Shown here: piece by piece, positions 51,961 to 61,402 of the stretch
How the letters are laid out: the number at the start of each line of letters is the position of its first letter
Numbering within the stretch: position 1 is the first letter of the stretch
NCBI GenBank assembly: GCA_036676985.1
Contig: JAKFBU010000001.1
Coordinates: 1-64,000, forward strand
DNA length: 64,000 bases
DNA from: Candidatus Sericytochromatia bacterium
GTDB taxonomy: Bacteria > Cyanobacteriota > Sericytochromatia > S15B-MN24 > UBA4093
Direction of reading: 5' to 3'
The notes under the pieces: model-generated
What the model saw: the letters and a program-made list of their open reading frames with translations, nothing else
Database searches by the model: none
Told to the model about the DNA's origin: nothing
Translations under genes and position numbers: made by a program

Positions 51961-53223
51961 GTGGCCCGCCCCGTCAAACTCTTCATCGCGCTCGGCGTCG
52001 CCGGCGCCGTCGGGATCGCCGGCGTCTCCGCCATGGTGCTCAGCAAGGGCAAGGGCTCCAAGGAGCCCACGGCCAAGGTCGAGCGCGGCGAACTGAAAGT
52101 CGTCGTCTCCGAGACCGGCACCGTCCAGCCCCTGACCAAGGTCGAGATCAAGAGCAAGGTCGCGGGTCAGGTCGCCCAGCTCCTGGTGGACGTGGGCGAC
52201 AAGGTCGAGAAGGGCCAGCTCCTGATCCAGCTCGACACCACCGACATGGAGCGCGAGCGCGCCCAGGCCGAGGCGGACCGCGCCAGCGCCACGGCGCGCC
52301 TCGCCATCCTCAAGGCGGGCGCGCGCCCCGAGGAGATCGCCGAGGCCAAGGCCCAGGTCACCCAGGCCCAGGCCTCCTTCGACCGTGCCAAGGCCGACTG
52401 GCAGCGCAGCCAGGAGGCCGTGAAGGCGGGCACCATCACCCCGCGCGAGGCGGAGAGCGCCCAGAGCGAGTCCGACGCCACCCGCGCCCAGCTCGCGGCC
52501 GCCAAGAGCCGGCTTGCCAAGCTCCAGGCCGGCAGCCGGCGCGAGGAGATCCAGGAGGCTCAGGCCCAGCTCGACAAGGCCAACGTCCGCCTGCGGGCCA
52601 TGGAGGACCAGCTCTCCTACGCCTCGATTCGCTCGCCCATGGCGGGGACCGTCATCAAGCGCGGCATCGAGGTGGGCGAGATGGTCTCGCCGGGCGTGTC
52701 GGCCACGGCCCAGGGCACGAGCATGCTCACGGTCGCGGACCTGGACCGTCTGGTCATCGCGAGCAACCTCAATCAGATCGACGTGGGCAAGGTCCGCAAG
52801 GGCCAGCGCGTCGAGGTCCGCGTGGACTCGGCGCCGGGCAAGATCTTCGGGGGCGAGATCCGCAAGGTGGCGCCTGCTGCTGACAAGTCCCAGGACGGCA
52901 ACAGCACCATCCAGACCTTCCCCATCGAGACCATGCTGACGAGCACCGACGCCGACGTCCTCAAGCCCGGCATGTCGGCGGACCTGGACATCCAGGTGAC
53001 CACCAAGGCCCAGGCCCTCTATCTGCCCGTCGAGGCCGTGATCCGGGGCAAGGGCGACGAGGGCACGGTCAAGCTGCCCGGCAAGGACAAGAAGCCCGAG
53101 GAGAAGAAGGTGACCATCGGCCTGACCAACGACCACCAGGTCGAGATCCTCACGGGGCTCAAGGCGGGTGATACCGTCCTCATCAAGCCGGCCTCGTCGG
53201 CGGACAACAGCGTCAAGTTCTAG
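51961..53223 (+). CDS. MacA/HlyD-type periplasmic adaptor
   Basis: VAGQV...GDKVEKGQLL, IRSPMAGTV, LKPGMSA. Confidence 0.92.
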   Translation: MARPVKLFIALGVAGAVGIAGVSAMVLSKGKGSKEPTAKVERGELKVVVSETGTVQPLTKVEIKSKVAGQVAQLLVDVGDKVEKGQLLIQLDTTDMERERAQAEADRASATARLAILKAGARPEEIAEAKAQVTQAQASFDRAKADWQRSQEAVKAGTITPREAESAQSESDATRAQLAAAKSRLAKLQAGSRREEIQEAQAQLDKANVRLRAMEDQLSYASIRSPMAGTVIKRGIEVGEMVSPGVSATAQGTSMLTVADLDRLVIASNLNQIDVGKVRKGQRVEVRVDSAPGKIFGGEIRKVAPAADKSQDGNSTIQTFPIETMLTSTDADVLKPGMSADLDIQVTTKAQALYLPVEAVIRGKGDEGTVKLPGKDKKPEEKKVTIGLTNDHQVEILTGLKAGDTVLIKPASSADNSVKF

Positions 53224-53225
53224 CC

Positions 53226-54443
53226 ATGGTCGGCGAGTACCTGCGCCTCGCGCTCAAGACGCTCAAGGCGTACCGCATGCGCTCGACCCTGACGGTCCTG
53301 AGCATCACCATCGGCGTGCTGGCGGTCATCCTCCTGACCAGCCTGGCGCAGAGCGGTCTTGCGACGCTAGCCAAGGGCATCGAGGACATCGGCGGCAGCC
53401 GGTTCATCATGATCTGGGGGGACTCGCCCAAGAAGGCCGCCCGCAAGGCGGGCAACTACACCAAGGGCATGACCTACGCCGACGTTCAGGCCCTCCAGGA
53501 GCGTCTGCCGCAGATCGAGCGCATCACGGCCCTGTACCAGGGCGACAAGGTGAGCGTGCGCCGGCCCGGGGAGCCCGAGAAGCAGACGGACCTCATCGGC
53601 AGCGACCCCGCTTACCTGGGCGCCTTCGCCATGCCGCTCGAAGCGGGGCGCAACCTCACGGCCCAGGACCTCGCCGAGGAGGCGCGGGTCTGCGTCATCG
53701 GCGACGAGCTGGCGCAGAAGCTCTTCAAGAAGGAACAGGCCGTGGGCCAGCAGATCGTCGTCAAGGGCGATCGCTACCGCATCGTGGGCAAGCTGAAGTT
53801 CACGCCCAAGAGCGGCATGAACTTCGGCTTCAGCTGGAACGACCTGGTCATCGCCCCTCTCACGGCCCTGCAGCCCGACGGCCGGGTGGCCATGATCGCC
53901 ATGACCCGCCGGGCCGACGCGGGCTCGGGCGACCTCCTGGACCGGGTGAACGCCATCCTCCTGCACCGCCACAACCAGGTGGACGACTTCCAGATCTTCG
54001 ACATGGGGGGCATGCTCAAGGGCTTCTACGCCGTGTTCTACGGCATGATCCTGATCGTGGGCCTGATCGCGGGCATGAGCCTGGTCATCGGGGGCGTGGG
54101 CATCATGAACATCATGCTCGTGGCCGTGGCCGAGCGCCGGCGCGAGATCGGGCTGCGCAAGGCGGTCGGCGCCACGCAGGGCACCATCATGCGCCAGTTC
54201 CTGGTGGAGGCCATCGTGCTCAGCCTGTTCGGAGCGGCCGTGGGCGCCGTGCTCGGCGTCTTCCTGGCATGGCTCGCGAGCGTGGTCGGCCCGCAGATCA
54301 ACAAGAGCTGGGTCGGGGTGGTGAGCCAGCCGGCGGTGTTCCTTGCGATTGCAGCTTCTGCCGGCGTGGGCCTGTTCTTCGGGTGGTATCCCGCCAAGCA
54401 GGCGGCCGAGCTGGATCCCATCCTCTGCCTGAGGTCCGAGTAG
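53226..54443 (+). CDS. MacB-type ABC permease
   Basis: GGVGIMNIML...ERRREIGLRKAVGA. Confidence 0.92.
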   Translation: MVGEYLRLALKTLKAYRMRSTLTVLSITIGVLAVILLTSLAQSGLATLAKGIEDIGGSRFIMIWGDSPKKAARKAGNYTKGMTYADVQALQERLPQIERITALYQGDKVSVRRPGEPEKQTDLIGSDPAYLGAFAMPLEAGRNLTAQDLAEEARVCVIGDELAQKLFKKEQAVGQQIVVKGDRYRIVGKLKFTPKSGMNFGFSWNDLVIAPLTALQPDGRVAMIAMTRRADAGSGDLLDRVNAILLHRHNQVDDFQIFDMGGMLKGFYAVFYGMILIVGLIAGMSLVIGGVGIMNIMLVAVAERRREIGLRKAVGATQGTIMRQFLVEAIVLSLFGAAVGAVLGVFLAWLASVVGPQINKSWVGVVSQPAVFLAIAASAGVGLFFGWYPAKQAAELDPILCLRSE

Positions 54444-54444
54444 C

Positions 54445-55677
54445 ATGACCTTCCTCGACGAGATCAAGAGCGTCTTCGCCACGCTCGCCGCCCAGCGCTT
54501 CCGCGCCTTTCTGACGCTCTTCGGCATCATCCTGGGCGTGGGGACGCTCGTGGTGCTCTCGAGCGCCGTCGAGGGGCTCGGCAAGTACATGGAGCGCGGC
54601 ATGCAGCAGGCCGCGGGCGAGGACATCATCAACGTCAACCGGCGCTGGTGGGAGGACGAGACGGGCAAGGCTGGAGTGCCGCTCAACCGCTTCGACTCGC
54701 GGGCGCTCGCGGGGGCCGGGACCCTCGGCGGGGCCCAGGTCCTCAACCAGTACTCCATGCGCGTGCCCTGGGGCGAGCGCTGGGGTCAGCACGTCTGGGT
54801 GGTCGGCAGCATGCCCGAGGCGCTCAGCTTCTACGGCCTCGAGGTCGACAAGGGGCGCTTCATCACCCAGGGCGACGTGTTCGGCCACACCAAGGTGGCC
54901 GTCGTGGGGCCGGAGGCCCTCAAGCAGCTCCTGCCGAACGCCAAGGATCCCCTGGGCCAGGAGGTGAAGCTCAAGGGCGAGCGGTTCCGGGTCGTCGGCA
55001 TCACCAAGAAGAAGCCCTCGTTCGGCAAGGGTTCGTTCCGCACCTGGGACGGCACGATCATCGTGCCGGAGACGACCTACATCGACCGCTTCGCCCGCAG
55101 CAAGGACCTGCGCGAGATCGTGGTCAAGGCCACCCCGTCCTCCCTCGAGGAGCTGGGCCTCGCCAGGCTCGCCTACGCGGTCAAGGCCATCGTGCTCGGG
55201 CGGCACCACGGCATCATGAACTTCGAGGTCACCGACCCGGTCAAGAACGCCCAGAGCCAGGCGGTGGTGGGGCTCATCATCGGGGGGCTGGAGGCGGCGA
55301 TCGCGCTTGTCTGCCTGGGCGTCGGCGGCATCAACGTCATGAACATCATGCTCGTGACGGTCACGCAGCGGACGCGCGAGATCGGGATCCGGCGCGCGGT
55401 GGGGGCCACCCAGAGCAGCATCCGGCGGCAGTTCCTCACCGAGGCCGCGATCCTCTCGGGACTCGGCGGGCTGCTAGGGGTCCTGGGCGGCGTGCTCGTG
55501 GCATGGGGGCTCGCAGGCGTCCTGAACCTGACGCTCGGCTACTGGCCCTTCATCTTCAAGCCGCTTCAGGCGGGCATCGGCTTCGGGGCGGCGCTGCTCA
55601 CGGGCATCGTCTTCGGGTGGTACCCGGCGCACCGGGCCGCGAACCTCGCGCCGATCGAGTGCTTGAGGTACGAATAG
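54445..55677 (+). CDS. MacB-type ABC permease (second)
   Basis: GGINVMNIML...QRTREIGIRRAVGA. Confidence 0.92.
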   Translation: MTFLDEIKSVFATLAAQRFRAFLTLFGIILGVGTLVVLSSAVEGLGKYMERGMQQAAGEDIINVNRRWWEDETGKAGVPLNRFDSRALAGAGTLGGAQVLNQYSMRVPWGERWGQHVWVVGSMPEALSFYGLEVDKGRFITQGDVFGHTKVAVVGPEALKQLLPNAKDPLGQEVKLKGERFRVVGITKKKPSFGKGSFRTWDGTIIVPETTYIDRFARSKDLREIVVKATPSSLEELGLARLAYAVKAIVLGRHHGIMNFEVTDPVKNAQSQAVVGLIIGGLEAAIALVCLGVGGINVMNIMLVTVTQRTREIGIRRAVGATQSSIRRQFLTEAAILSGLGGLLGVLGGVLVAWGLAGVLNLTLGYWPFIFKPLQAGIGFGAALLTGIVFGWYPAHRAANLAPIECLRYE

Positions 55678-55680
55678 GGA

Positions 55681-55740
55681 ACCGTTCGCCCCTTCGACAG
55701 GCTCAGGACAGGCTTTCGACCAGGCTCAAGACGAACGGTT
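55681..55740. repeat. REP-like element with two TTCGAC(C)AGGCTCA units
   Basis: CCCTTCGACAGGCTCAGG and TTTCGACCAGGCTCAAG enclosed by ACCGTTCG...CGAACGGT. Confidence 0.6.
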
Positions 55741-55766
55741 TTGTTGTGGGTATACTCGCCGAACTA

Positions 55767-57386
55767 CTACGGCAGCGGCTTGCGACGGGCCTCCAGCGCG
55801 AAGACGTAGTCCGGCGCGAGGCGCCGCACGGGCCCTTTCTGCAGCAAGTCCTCGTACAGGTGAGTGGCGGCCGCAGGCGTGGTGGTCCGAACGTTGGTCG
55901 AGAGCCACACCTCGTCGTTGAACTGCAGCTCCGCGAGGGTCCCGTCCACCGTCGACAGCACGTAGAGCGAGCTCGTGGCATCCGGCCCCACGGCCGGCAA
56001 GTGGAAGAGGCCGTCGGAGTTCGGCAGGGCCCTGAGCACCTCGCGCAGGGTCAAACCGGGACGCACCCCGCCCGGCCCGTGGTACCACGCGCTGTCCACC
56101 TCGAAGGTCGCGACCTTGGCGCTCCGGTCGTACCAGACGCTCAGGCCGGCATAGCGCTCGAGCCCCCCGCTCTCGACGCTGCGAGGACGGCCCAGGCGCG
56201 CATGCACCGAGGCCCGCTCCTCTCCGATCCAGACGCGCCGGTTGGCGATCGTCACGGGCTTGAGGACGTAGGTCGCGGCCTCCACCGGGGGCGGCGTCGG
56301 GATCACGGGCGGACGCACCGTATCCACCGACGGCTGGTTGCGACGGGCCGCGAGCCACCGCTCCTGCTCGGCCCGCTCCAGGCGCTTCTTCTGCTCGGCG
56401 GCCAGACGCGCCTGCTCCTGCCGGGCGCGCTTCGCCTGCTCCGCCTCGGCCTGACGCGCCTGGGCGGCTTTCTTTTGATCGGCCTGCTTGATGGCAGCCG
56501 CACGGGCTTCCGCCGCTCGCTGCTCGCTGGCGAGGCGCGCGTGCTCGGCCTTCTGGCGCTGGGCCGCCTGGCGGGCCTGCTCCTGCTGACGCTTCTGCTC
56601 GGCCGCAAGCCGCACGGCCTCCTCGCGGCGCTTCTTCTCGGCCTCCACCCGCGCCGCCTCCTCGCGTCGCTTGCGGGCCTGCTCTTCGCGGGCCTTGCGC
56701 AGCCGCTCGGCCTCCTCTCGTGCCTGGCGCGTCTGGGCCTCCGCCAGCTGCCGGAGGAGCTGCTCGCGCACCGACTCCGCCTGGACGGGGCGAATCTCCC
56801 GCGGGGTCGTGGAGGGGGCGGGCTTCGGGGGTTCGGGGGCCGGCGTGGCAGGTACGGCGGCGTCACCCGGCTCGGGGGCGGCAGGCTCCGACACCGGCAG
56901 CTCCTCCGGGTCGGTCGGCTCCTCGGGACGGGGCAGGGCTGCCGAGGGCAGTCCCATGGACTCGAGGACGTCCGAGTAGCGGCGCTGGAGGTGCGGATTC
57001 TCCGGATACTGGGTGGCCAGCTCTTCGAGGGCCGTTCGGCCGGCCGGCGGGTTGCCCTCCAGGAGGATGAGCACCAGCGAGCCCAGGCGCGCGGTGCGAT
57101 CGTTCGAGTTGTCGGCGACCACGCGGGTCATGAGCTGCTTGGCCGTGAGGTAGTGGCCCTTGAGCCCCTCGTTGAGGGCCACGCTGGCCGGCGACACGGC
57201 ACCCCCCGCCGCCTGCTGCCAGGTCTCGACCAGCATGGTGGCGGCCTCGCGGTCGGCGTGACGGGCGATCGCCTGCAGCACCCGCTCCTCGAGGTCCGAG
57301 ATCGCGGGCGCGGCGATCGCCGACCGCGCCATCAGCAGCAGGACGCCCAGCGTCAGCCACCACTTGCGAATACTGCGCCTCTCCAC
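55767..57386 (-). CDS. Secreted hypothetical: TPR-like helices, Pro-rich linker, TolA-like Ala/Glu/Arg helix, C-terminal globular domain
   Basis: Signal peptide; PEPPKP linker; EQARQAAQ low-complexity coiled coil. Confidence 0.65.
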   Translation of the reverse strand: MERRSIRKWWLTLGVLLLMARSAIAAPAISDLEERVLQAIARHADREAATMLVETWQQAAGGAVSPASVALNEGLKGHYLTAKQLMTRVVADNSNDRTARLGSLVLILLEGNPPAGRTALEELATQYPENPHLQRRYSDVLESMGLPSAALPRPEEPTDPEELPVSEPAAPEPGDAAVPATPAPEPPKPAPSTTPREIRPVQAESVREQLLRQLAEAQTRQAREEAERLRKAREEQARKRREEAARVEAEKKRREEAVRLAAEQKRQQEQARQAAQRQKAEHARLASEQRAAEARAAAIKQADQKKAAQARQAEAEQAKRARQEQARLAAEQKKRLERAEQERWLAARRNQPSVDTVRPPVIPTPPPVEAATYVLKPVTIANRRVWIGEERASVHARLGRPRSVESGGLERYAGLSVWYDRSAKVATFEVDSAWYHGPGGVRPGLTLREVLRALPNSDGLFHLPAVGPDATSSLYVLSTVDGTLAELQFNDEVWLSTNVRTTTPAAATHLYEDLLQKGPVRRLAPDYVFALEARRKPLP

Positions 57387-57544
57387 CCGTTTCCTCCCCT
57401 GGATGCGTGCTCACACCTCAATTTACCCAGCCGCGACCCGATCGTCTTGCGGGCGCACGTGGTCCGACCCTTTGCTTCGATTTAACGTCAGCTTGACACC
57501 CCCCGACCGATAACGCTCTTACGTACCGTCCGCAGGGGAGTCGT

Positions 57545-58306
57545 ATGGATCGCATCGCCGCCCAGAGCCTGATGTCCAAGCTGCTGAAGCCGATCTTCCG
57601 GCCGGATCAGCAGTACGAGGTCACGGCCGCCGCGCGTCAGGCCATCGACACCAACCGTGACGGCAAGGTCACCAACGAAGAATTGCTCGAGGGCCTCGTC
57701 CGCGACCAGGTGTCCCTGGACCCCCGGGTCCGCGAGATCCTCGCCAACCGCTCCCGGATGGAGATCGATCGCGCCATCGCTCCGCGCGACAAGAGCGCCT
57801 CGTTCGGCACCGTCGAGCAGTGCATGGAGTTCGCCATGCGCTACTTCCGGGAGTCCCGCGCCAAGGCGGGCAAGTCCGGCAGCTCCTTCGACGCCGATTT
57901 TGGCGCCCAGCACAACCTGGCCGACGACCTGCGCCTCATGGCCTCGGACCCATCCCTCAAGGGGGGCTACAACGGCTACCTCAACGACGGCACGATCCCC
58001 CCGCGCGCGGGTGACGTGCTCGTCGCCGAGAGCCTGAACGGCGAAGAGTTCCACATCGCGCTTGTGACCGAGGTCGTGCCCAAGGGCAGCCAGTGGGAGG
58101 TCACGGTCTACGAGGCGAACGTCCCCTTCAACACCAACGCCTCCCGTCCCGAGGACCACCTGCACAAGTTGCCCCTGACCAACCACAACGGGACCTGGTC
58201 CATGCCGGCCCTGCCCACGAGCCGCCAGGGCTACAGCAACGACATGTTCGTCGTGGGCTGGATCCACCCGGAAGGCAACAAGGCCCTTCCCGGCGCCGCC
58301 GACTAG
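57545..58306 (+). CDS. EF-hand + CHAP-like amidase/peptidase
   Basis: DTNRDGKVTNEE; QCMEFAMRY, PRAGDVLV, HIALV, EAN. Confidence 0.7.
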   Translation: MDRIAAQSLMSKLLKPIFRPDQQYEVTAAARQAIDTNRDGKVTNEELLEGLVRDQVSLDPRVREILANRSRMEIDRAIAPRDKSASFGTVEQCMEFAMRYFRESRAKAGKSGSSFDADFGAQHNLADDLRLMASDPSLKGGYNGYLNDGTIPPRAGDVLVAESLNGEEFHIALVTEVVPKGSQWEVTVYEANVPFNTNASRPEDHLHKLPLTNHNGTWSMPALPTSRQGYSNDMFVVGWIHPEGNKALPGAAD

Positions 58307-58342
58307 CGTTTTAGCCCCGCCCGCCAGGGGCATGGGAAGCGC

Positions 58343-59440
58343 ATGGAAGTCGTTCGCTTCGAGTACCATCCGCAGCTCCTCGAGAGCTTCATCGACCTGC
58401 CCTACCGGCTGCACGGGTCGGATCCCCACTGGATCCCGCCCTTCCGGGACTCCGTGCGCGGGCAGCTCTCGCCCGAGGCGACCTTCCGGCAGCACGGGCG
58501 GATGGTCCACTTCCTGGCCTACGAGGGCAAGACCCCGGTCGCCCGCTGCTCGGCCATCATCAACCGCCGCTACGAGGAGGACGGTGAGGCCATCGGCTTC
58601 ATCGGCTATTTCGAGGCGCCCGATCGCTACGAGGCGACGGCGGCCGTCCTCGCGGAGGCCGTGGACTGGCTGTCGGCCCAGGGGATCGAGACCGTGCGCG
58701 GCCCGCTCAACACCAGCACCTATCATCCCTACCGCTTCATGACCAAGGGCCAGGAGCACGGGGCCTTCTTCCTGGAGCCCTACACCCCCGCCTACTATGC
58801 GACGCACTGGGAGCGCTTCGGCTTCAAGGTCTGCCGGAGCTACGCCTCGACGATCGTCGACTCCGCCGAGTGCGCCGCGTCCTTGCAGCGGGACTACGAG
58901 CGCACCATCACCTCCGGCTTGCGCTTCCGAACGTTCGACCGGGCGCGCTTCGACGACGAGCTGAAGCTCATGTACGACCTGTCCACCCGGATCTTCACGG
59001 GGGCATGGATGTGGCGGCCCGTGACCTTCACGGAGTTCCGCGAGCTGTACGCTCCCATGCGCTCGATCATGGACCCGGAGCTCTGCTACTTCCTGTTCAA
59101 GGACGACGATCCCATGGGCTTCGTGTTCGGCCTGCCGGACTACGGGGAGGCCCTGCGGGCCATGGACGGCAAGAGCGACCTCTTGGCCAAGCTCCGCTTC
59201 CTCTCCAAGCGCGCCGGAGCCAAGCAGGCGCTGCTCAAGACCTTCGGCGTCATGCCGGGGCGGCGCATGGGGACCCATGCCCTCGCCCTGGCCCACGTCT
59301 TCCACCGTGCGGCGGCCGAGCGCGGGTACGCCCAGACGGTTCACGCCCTGATGCGGGACGACAACGTCAGCCTCAAGATGTCCGCCAAACGGGGCGGCGA
59401 GCCGTACAAGGAGTACGCCCTCTTCCAGCTGGAGAACTGA
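58343..59440 (+). CDS. GNAT-fold N-acyltransferase-like protein
   Basis: DPHWIPP, GFIGYFE, VRGP, PYTPAYY, FVFGLPD, YKEYALF. Confidence 0.75.
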   Translation: MEVVRFEYHPQLLESFIDLPYRLHGSDPHWIPPFRDSVRGQLSPEATFRQHGRMVHFLAYEGKTPVARCSAIINRRYEEDGEAIGFIGYFEAPDRYEATAAVLAEAVDWLSAQGIETVRGPLNTSTYHPYRFMTKGQEHGAFFLEPYTPAYYATHWERFGFKVCRSYASTIVDSAECAASLQRDYERTITSGLRFRTFDRARFDDELKLMYDLSTRIFTGAWMWRPVTFTEFRELYAPMRSIMDPELCYFLFKDDDPMGFVFGLPDYGEALRAMDGKSDLLAKLRFLSKRAGAKQALLKTFGVMPGRRMGTHALALAHVFHRAAAERGYAQTVHALMRDDNVSLKMSAKRGGEPYKEYALFQLEN

Positions 59441-59474
59441 AAAACGGCCCCGGGAGCGAGCTCCCGGGGCCGTT
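59440..59474. terminator. Bidirectional terminator
   Basis: AAAAACGGCCCCGGGAGC-ga-GCTCCCGGGGCCGTT. Confidence 0.75.
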
Positions 59475-59484
59475 CGGCGTTGTG

Positions 59485-61032
59485 CTAGCGCTGGATGTGG
59501 ATGGTGACGTCCTTGTCCCGGACCGTGAGCCTGCCCTGGGTGGCCATCACGTTGACCTTCTCGCCGATGATCTTGAGCTCGCGCTTGAAGGCGTAGGTGC
59601 CGGCCTTGAGGGCCTGCTCCCGGCCGTCCAGCTCGACCTTCACGCTCTTGGGCTCCAGGAAGAACATCACGTTCGAGAAGGGCCACGACAGATCGGAGCT
59701 CTTCATGGCCACCGGCGTCTGGCGCAGGACCACGTTGACGCCGCCCTTGCGGTAGTTCAGGACGTCCATCCGGTAGCCGAAGAGGGTCTGCCGGTCGATC
59801 TCGATGGGCGGAGTGGGCGAGCTGACGCGCATCCACTCTCCCCCCCTCTTGGGGTCGAGCTCATGGCCGCCGCTGTCCTTGACCTTCGTGAGCCCGGTGA
59901 TCGTGACCTTGGTCCCGGGGCTGTTCATGAAGTCCTTGTAGCTCGACGGGAAGCGGGTCCAGGTGTCCTTGGCCTCCGCAAAGAGCTGATCGTAGCCGTA
60001 GAGCTGCTTGGCGGTCGCGAAGAGGCGCGCGCCGTCCTTGTCGCTGAACTTGGCCACCCGGGCGATCGCCTCGTCCATGGTGTTGCCGCTCGTGACCATG
60101 CCCTTCCAGTTGGCGTTGCCGAGGCGATCCATCAGGAGGCCGAGCGCGGCGCCGGTCGCAGAGAGACGGGACCGGCGGGTCTCCTCGCTGTCGAGCGGCT
60201 GCGAGAGGCGGCCGATGATCCCGCGGGTGGCTTCGTCCTCGCTCTCCCACTTCATGCCGGGCAGGGTCTTGTGCTTGGACGAGGCGCCGTAGGCCGAGTA
60301 CTCGGTCTCGGTGTAGCGCATCGCGCCTTCGTGGGTCTCGGCCAGGCTCTCGTAACGGGCGAACTTGCGCTCGAGCTTCTGGTGGCGGGCATGGCGGACC
60401 GCGGCGAAGTACCGGGCGTGATCGTCGAGCTTCTGGGCGTTCTTTTCCTGGAGGGCGATCGAGAGGATCTTGTTCTCGAGGTTCGCCAGGGCCGTGTTCT
60501 CCACGTTGCCGGTCGGATAGTCCCTGCTCGCGCCGTCGGCGATCCGCTGGAACTCGGCGAAGTCCGCGAAGTTCTGCTGGGTGTAGATCGCGAACAGGGG
60601 CGCGAAGAACTCGCGCGGCTGGACGTCGTTGTCGTACGCCAGGTACTGGTACGGCATGAAGGCGATCTTGGCCCCTGCGAACTGGAGGTTCAGATCGCGC
60701 GCCTTCTCGAACTCGGGCACGGTGCCCCAGCGGACGTAGACGCGACCCTTGAGGCTCGCCGGGACGTTGGAGACGGCCTCGAAGCCCTTGGGAGGCCTGG
60801 GATGGTTGAACAGGAAGCCGCCCCGGCCCGGCTGGTAAATGGCGATGGGCTGGGAGCCCAGATCGAACCCGGGCCAGATCGCACCCTTGGTCTCCAGGGA
60901 GACGGCCCGCGCCTCGGCCAGCGCCGCGAAGATCTTCTGATCCACCGGCGTCGGGGAGGCCGCGATCGCCGGGGAGCTGAACATCGGAGCCAGTAACACC
61001 AGCGTACCGGCGACCATGGCAAACCGTTTCAA
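59485..61032 (-). CDS. Secreted hypothetical protein, possibly an inactive metallopeptidase homolog
   Basis: AAGGAG RBS + TTG 61032; signal peptide; IWPGF, EGAMRYTE. Confidence 0.65.
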   Translation of the reverse strand: MKRFAMVAGTLVLLAPMFSSPAIAASPTPVDQKIFAALAEARAVSLETKGAIWPGFDLGSQPIAIYQPGRGGFLFNHPRPPKGFEAVSNVPASLKGRVYVRWGTVPEFEKARDLNLQFAGAKIAFMPYQYLAYDNDVQPREFFAPLFAIYTQQNFADFAEFQRIADGASRDYPTGNVENTALANLENKILSIALQEKNAQKLDDHARYFAAVRHARHQKLERKFARYESLAETHEGAMRYTETEYSAYGASSKHKTLPGMKWESEDEATRGIIGRLSQPLDSEETRRSRLSATGAALGLLMDRLGNANWKGMVTSGNTMDEAIARVAKFSDKDGARLFATAKQLYGYDQLFAEAKDTWTRFPSSYKDFMNSPGTKVTITGLTKVKDSGGHELDPKRGGEWMRVSSPTPPIEIDRQTLFGYRMDVLNYRKGGVNVVLRQTPVAMKSSDLSWPFSNVMFFLEPKSVKVELDGREQALKAGTYAFKRELKIIGEKVNVMATQGRLTVRDKDVTIHIQR

Positions 61033-61402
61033 GATCGGAGGCTCCTTTCTCCTTGGCACGTCCTCGAGACTGTTGGACGGCGGAATTCCGGACCCGTCGC
61101 CGCCGCTAGTCTAAGGGATTTTACCCAGATTGCTTGCCACCTAACGACAGTGCCCGGCGACCGGATCCCGACCCATTGTGCGCTTCTGGCGAGTAATCGT
61201 CCACTGAACCATTAGAAGCGTCCAAGGCATCATTAGGGGTCCAATAAATGTTCGTTAGATCCCGAAAGAAGCGAACAGTCAACGGGTATCTTGGAGATAC
61301 GAGCGAGCTTGAGCCCGCTCCATGGACCTTGACAACCGAGCTCCGAAAGCACCTTACCTCAGGCTCCCGCAGCGGCCTGCAGGCCATTTTGGAGGATCCA
61401 TC

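Noticed and set aside
61150-61400. Possible riboswitch in long leaders (also 28980-29280 and 33470-33800)
   Set aside because: No recognisable aptamer consensus by eye; a covariance-model search would be needed
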